Assembly: GCA_043732485.1 (NCBI GenBank)
Contig: JAYTHP010000090.1
Span: 1 to 14,594, forward strand
DNA length: 14,594 bases
Reading direction: 5' to 3'
DNA from: Oligoflexia bacterium
Lineage (GTDB): Bacteria; Bdellovibrionota; UBA1018
Shown piece after piece: positions 13,915 to 14,594 of the stretch; position 1 is the first letter of the stretch; each line of letters opens with the position of its first letter. A program made the translations under genes and the position numbers. Below the pieces are notes generated by a model. It searched no databases. It was given only the letters and a program-made list of their open reading frames with translations, and was not told the DNA's origin.

Positions 13915-14594
13915 TTAGGATTGCCGAAGTAGTAGCAGCTGGCGGTAGACCTCAAAAGTCTGCTGCTGTCTGCGCTCCTGGGAGTAGACCGCTTGTACCC
14001 GGGCGCGGGCCCTTTGGCCCATCAGGCGCCTGCTTGACTCGGCTTGGCTGCAAACCTGCTGCATGCGCAAAGCTAAACTACCTGCATCTTGCGCCGGAAA
14101 GGACCAACCCCACTCATTTTCACCAATGATTTCGCGGTAACTGCCGCCTTCTGCGACAATCACGGGGCACTCCATGGCCATTGCTTCAATGGCCACTAGC
14201 CCGAACGTCTCCCAATCGGATGGCATGACGAGGAGGTCGAGCGCATGCATGAGTGCTGGAACCTGCGCTTGAAAGCCTAAAAAACGCACCTGACTGGCAA
14301 TGCCGCCCGCCTGCGCTAGTGTCTTCAGACTTTGCAAGTAAGTGCCATCGGCGGTCGTCGAAGCGGTCGCATGAGCCGTGCGGGTTTTCTCCCCAACGAT
14401 GACAAAAAGCAGCCTATTTTTCTGCTGCGGCATCCCGTCTTGCAGCAGCTGAATGGCGGCGCGCAAGAAGACCTCCACCCCTTTGGCAGGGTCCAGCCTC
14501 CCGACCATGCCAATCACACACAAGCCGGAATCCGCAGGGTCATTGACACTGCTGCTGGTACGGTCGCCAAAAAATGCGGCGCGCACGGCCTGCC
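13915..14594 (-). CDS. Glycosyltransferase family 4 (GT-B, Glycos_transf_1), C-terminal domain; 5' end beyond the right edge
   Basis: IGMVGRLDPAKG, VRFLGFQ, DLLVMPSDWETFGLVAIEAMA (E-x7-E motif); the frame stays open to the window edge. Confidence 0.93.
   Translation of the reverse strand, partial: QAVRAAFFGDRTSSSVNDPADSGLCVIGMVGRLDPAKGVEVFLRAAIQLLQDGMPQQKNRLLFVIVGEKTRTAHATASTTADGTYLQSLKTLAQAGGIASQVRFLGFQAQVPALMHALDLLVMPSDWETFGLVAIEAMAMECPVIVAEGGSYREIIGENEWGWSFPAQDAGSLALRMQQVCSQAESSRRLMGQRARARVQAVYSQERRQQQTFEVYRQLLLLRQS

Noticed and set aside
13809..14129. 106-aa + strand ORF
   Set aside because: Mostly antisense to the GT4 gene; no recognisable features.

Overview
Bacterial chromosomal window. 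The rpsA-sppA linkage, the SSB and S1 sequences and a bacterial Rsm22-family gene suggest a Bdellovibrionota/Oligoflexia-like (former delta-proteobacterial) organism; this is inference and unverified. From left to right: the 5' part of an excisionase-type HTH gene running off the left edge; a ~650-bp intergenic region with back-to-back sigma70-like promoters and several hairpins; ssb with a long Gly/Gln-rich linker; a small membrane protein with two CxxC knuckles; an Rsm22/METTL17-family methyltransferase convergent with rsmB; sppA; rpsA with its own promoter, structured leader and terminator; three co-oriented accessory genes with export signals (an F-box-like + ~18 x 27-aa LRR protein, a lipoprotein and an unknown secreted protein); and the 3' part of a GT4 glycosyltransferase at the right edge. 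The most notable signals are the apparently exported, eukaryote-like F-box/LRR protein (a candidate host ubiquitin-ligase hijacking effector) and the divergent-promoter/structured-RNA region beside the HTH gene. I saw no rRNA, tRNA, CRISPR array, transposase or integrase.
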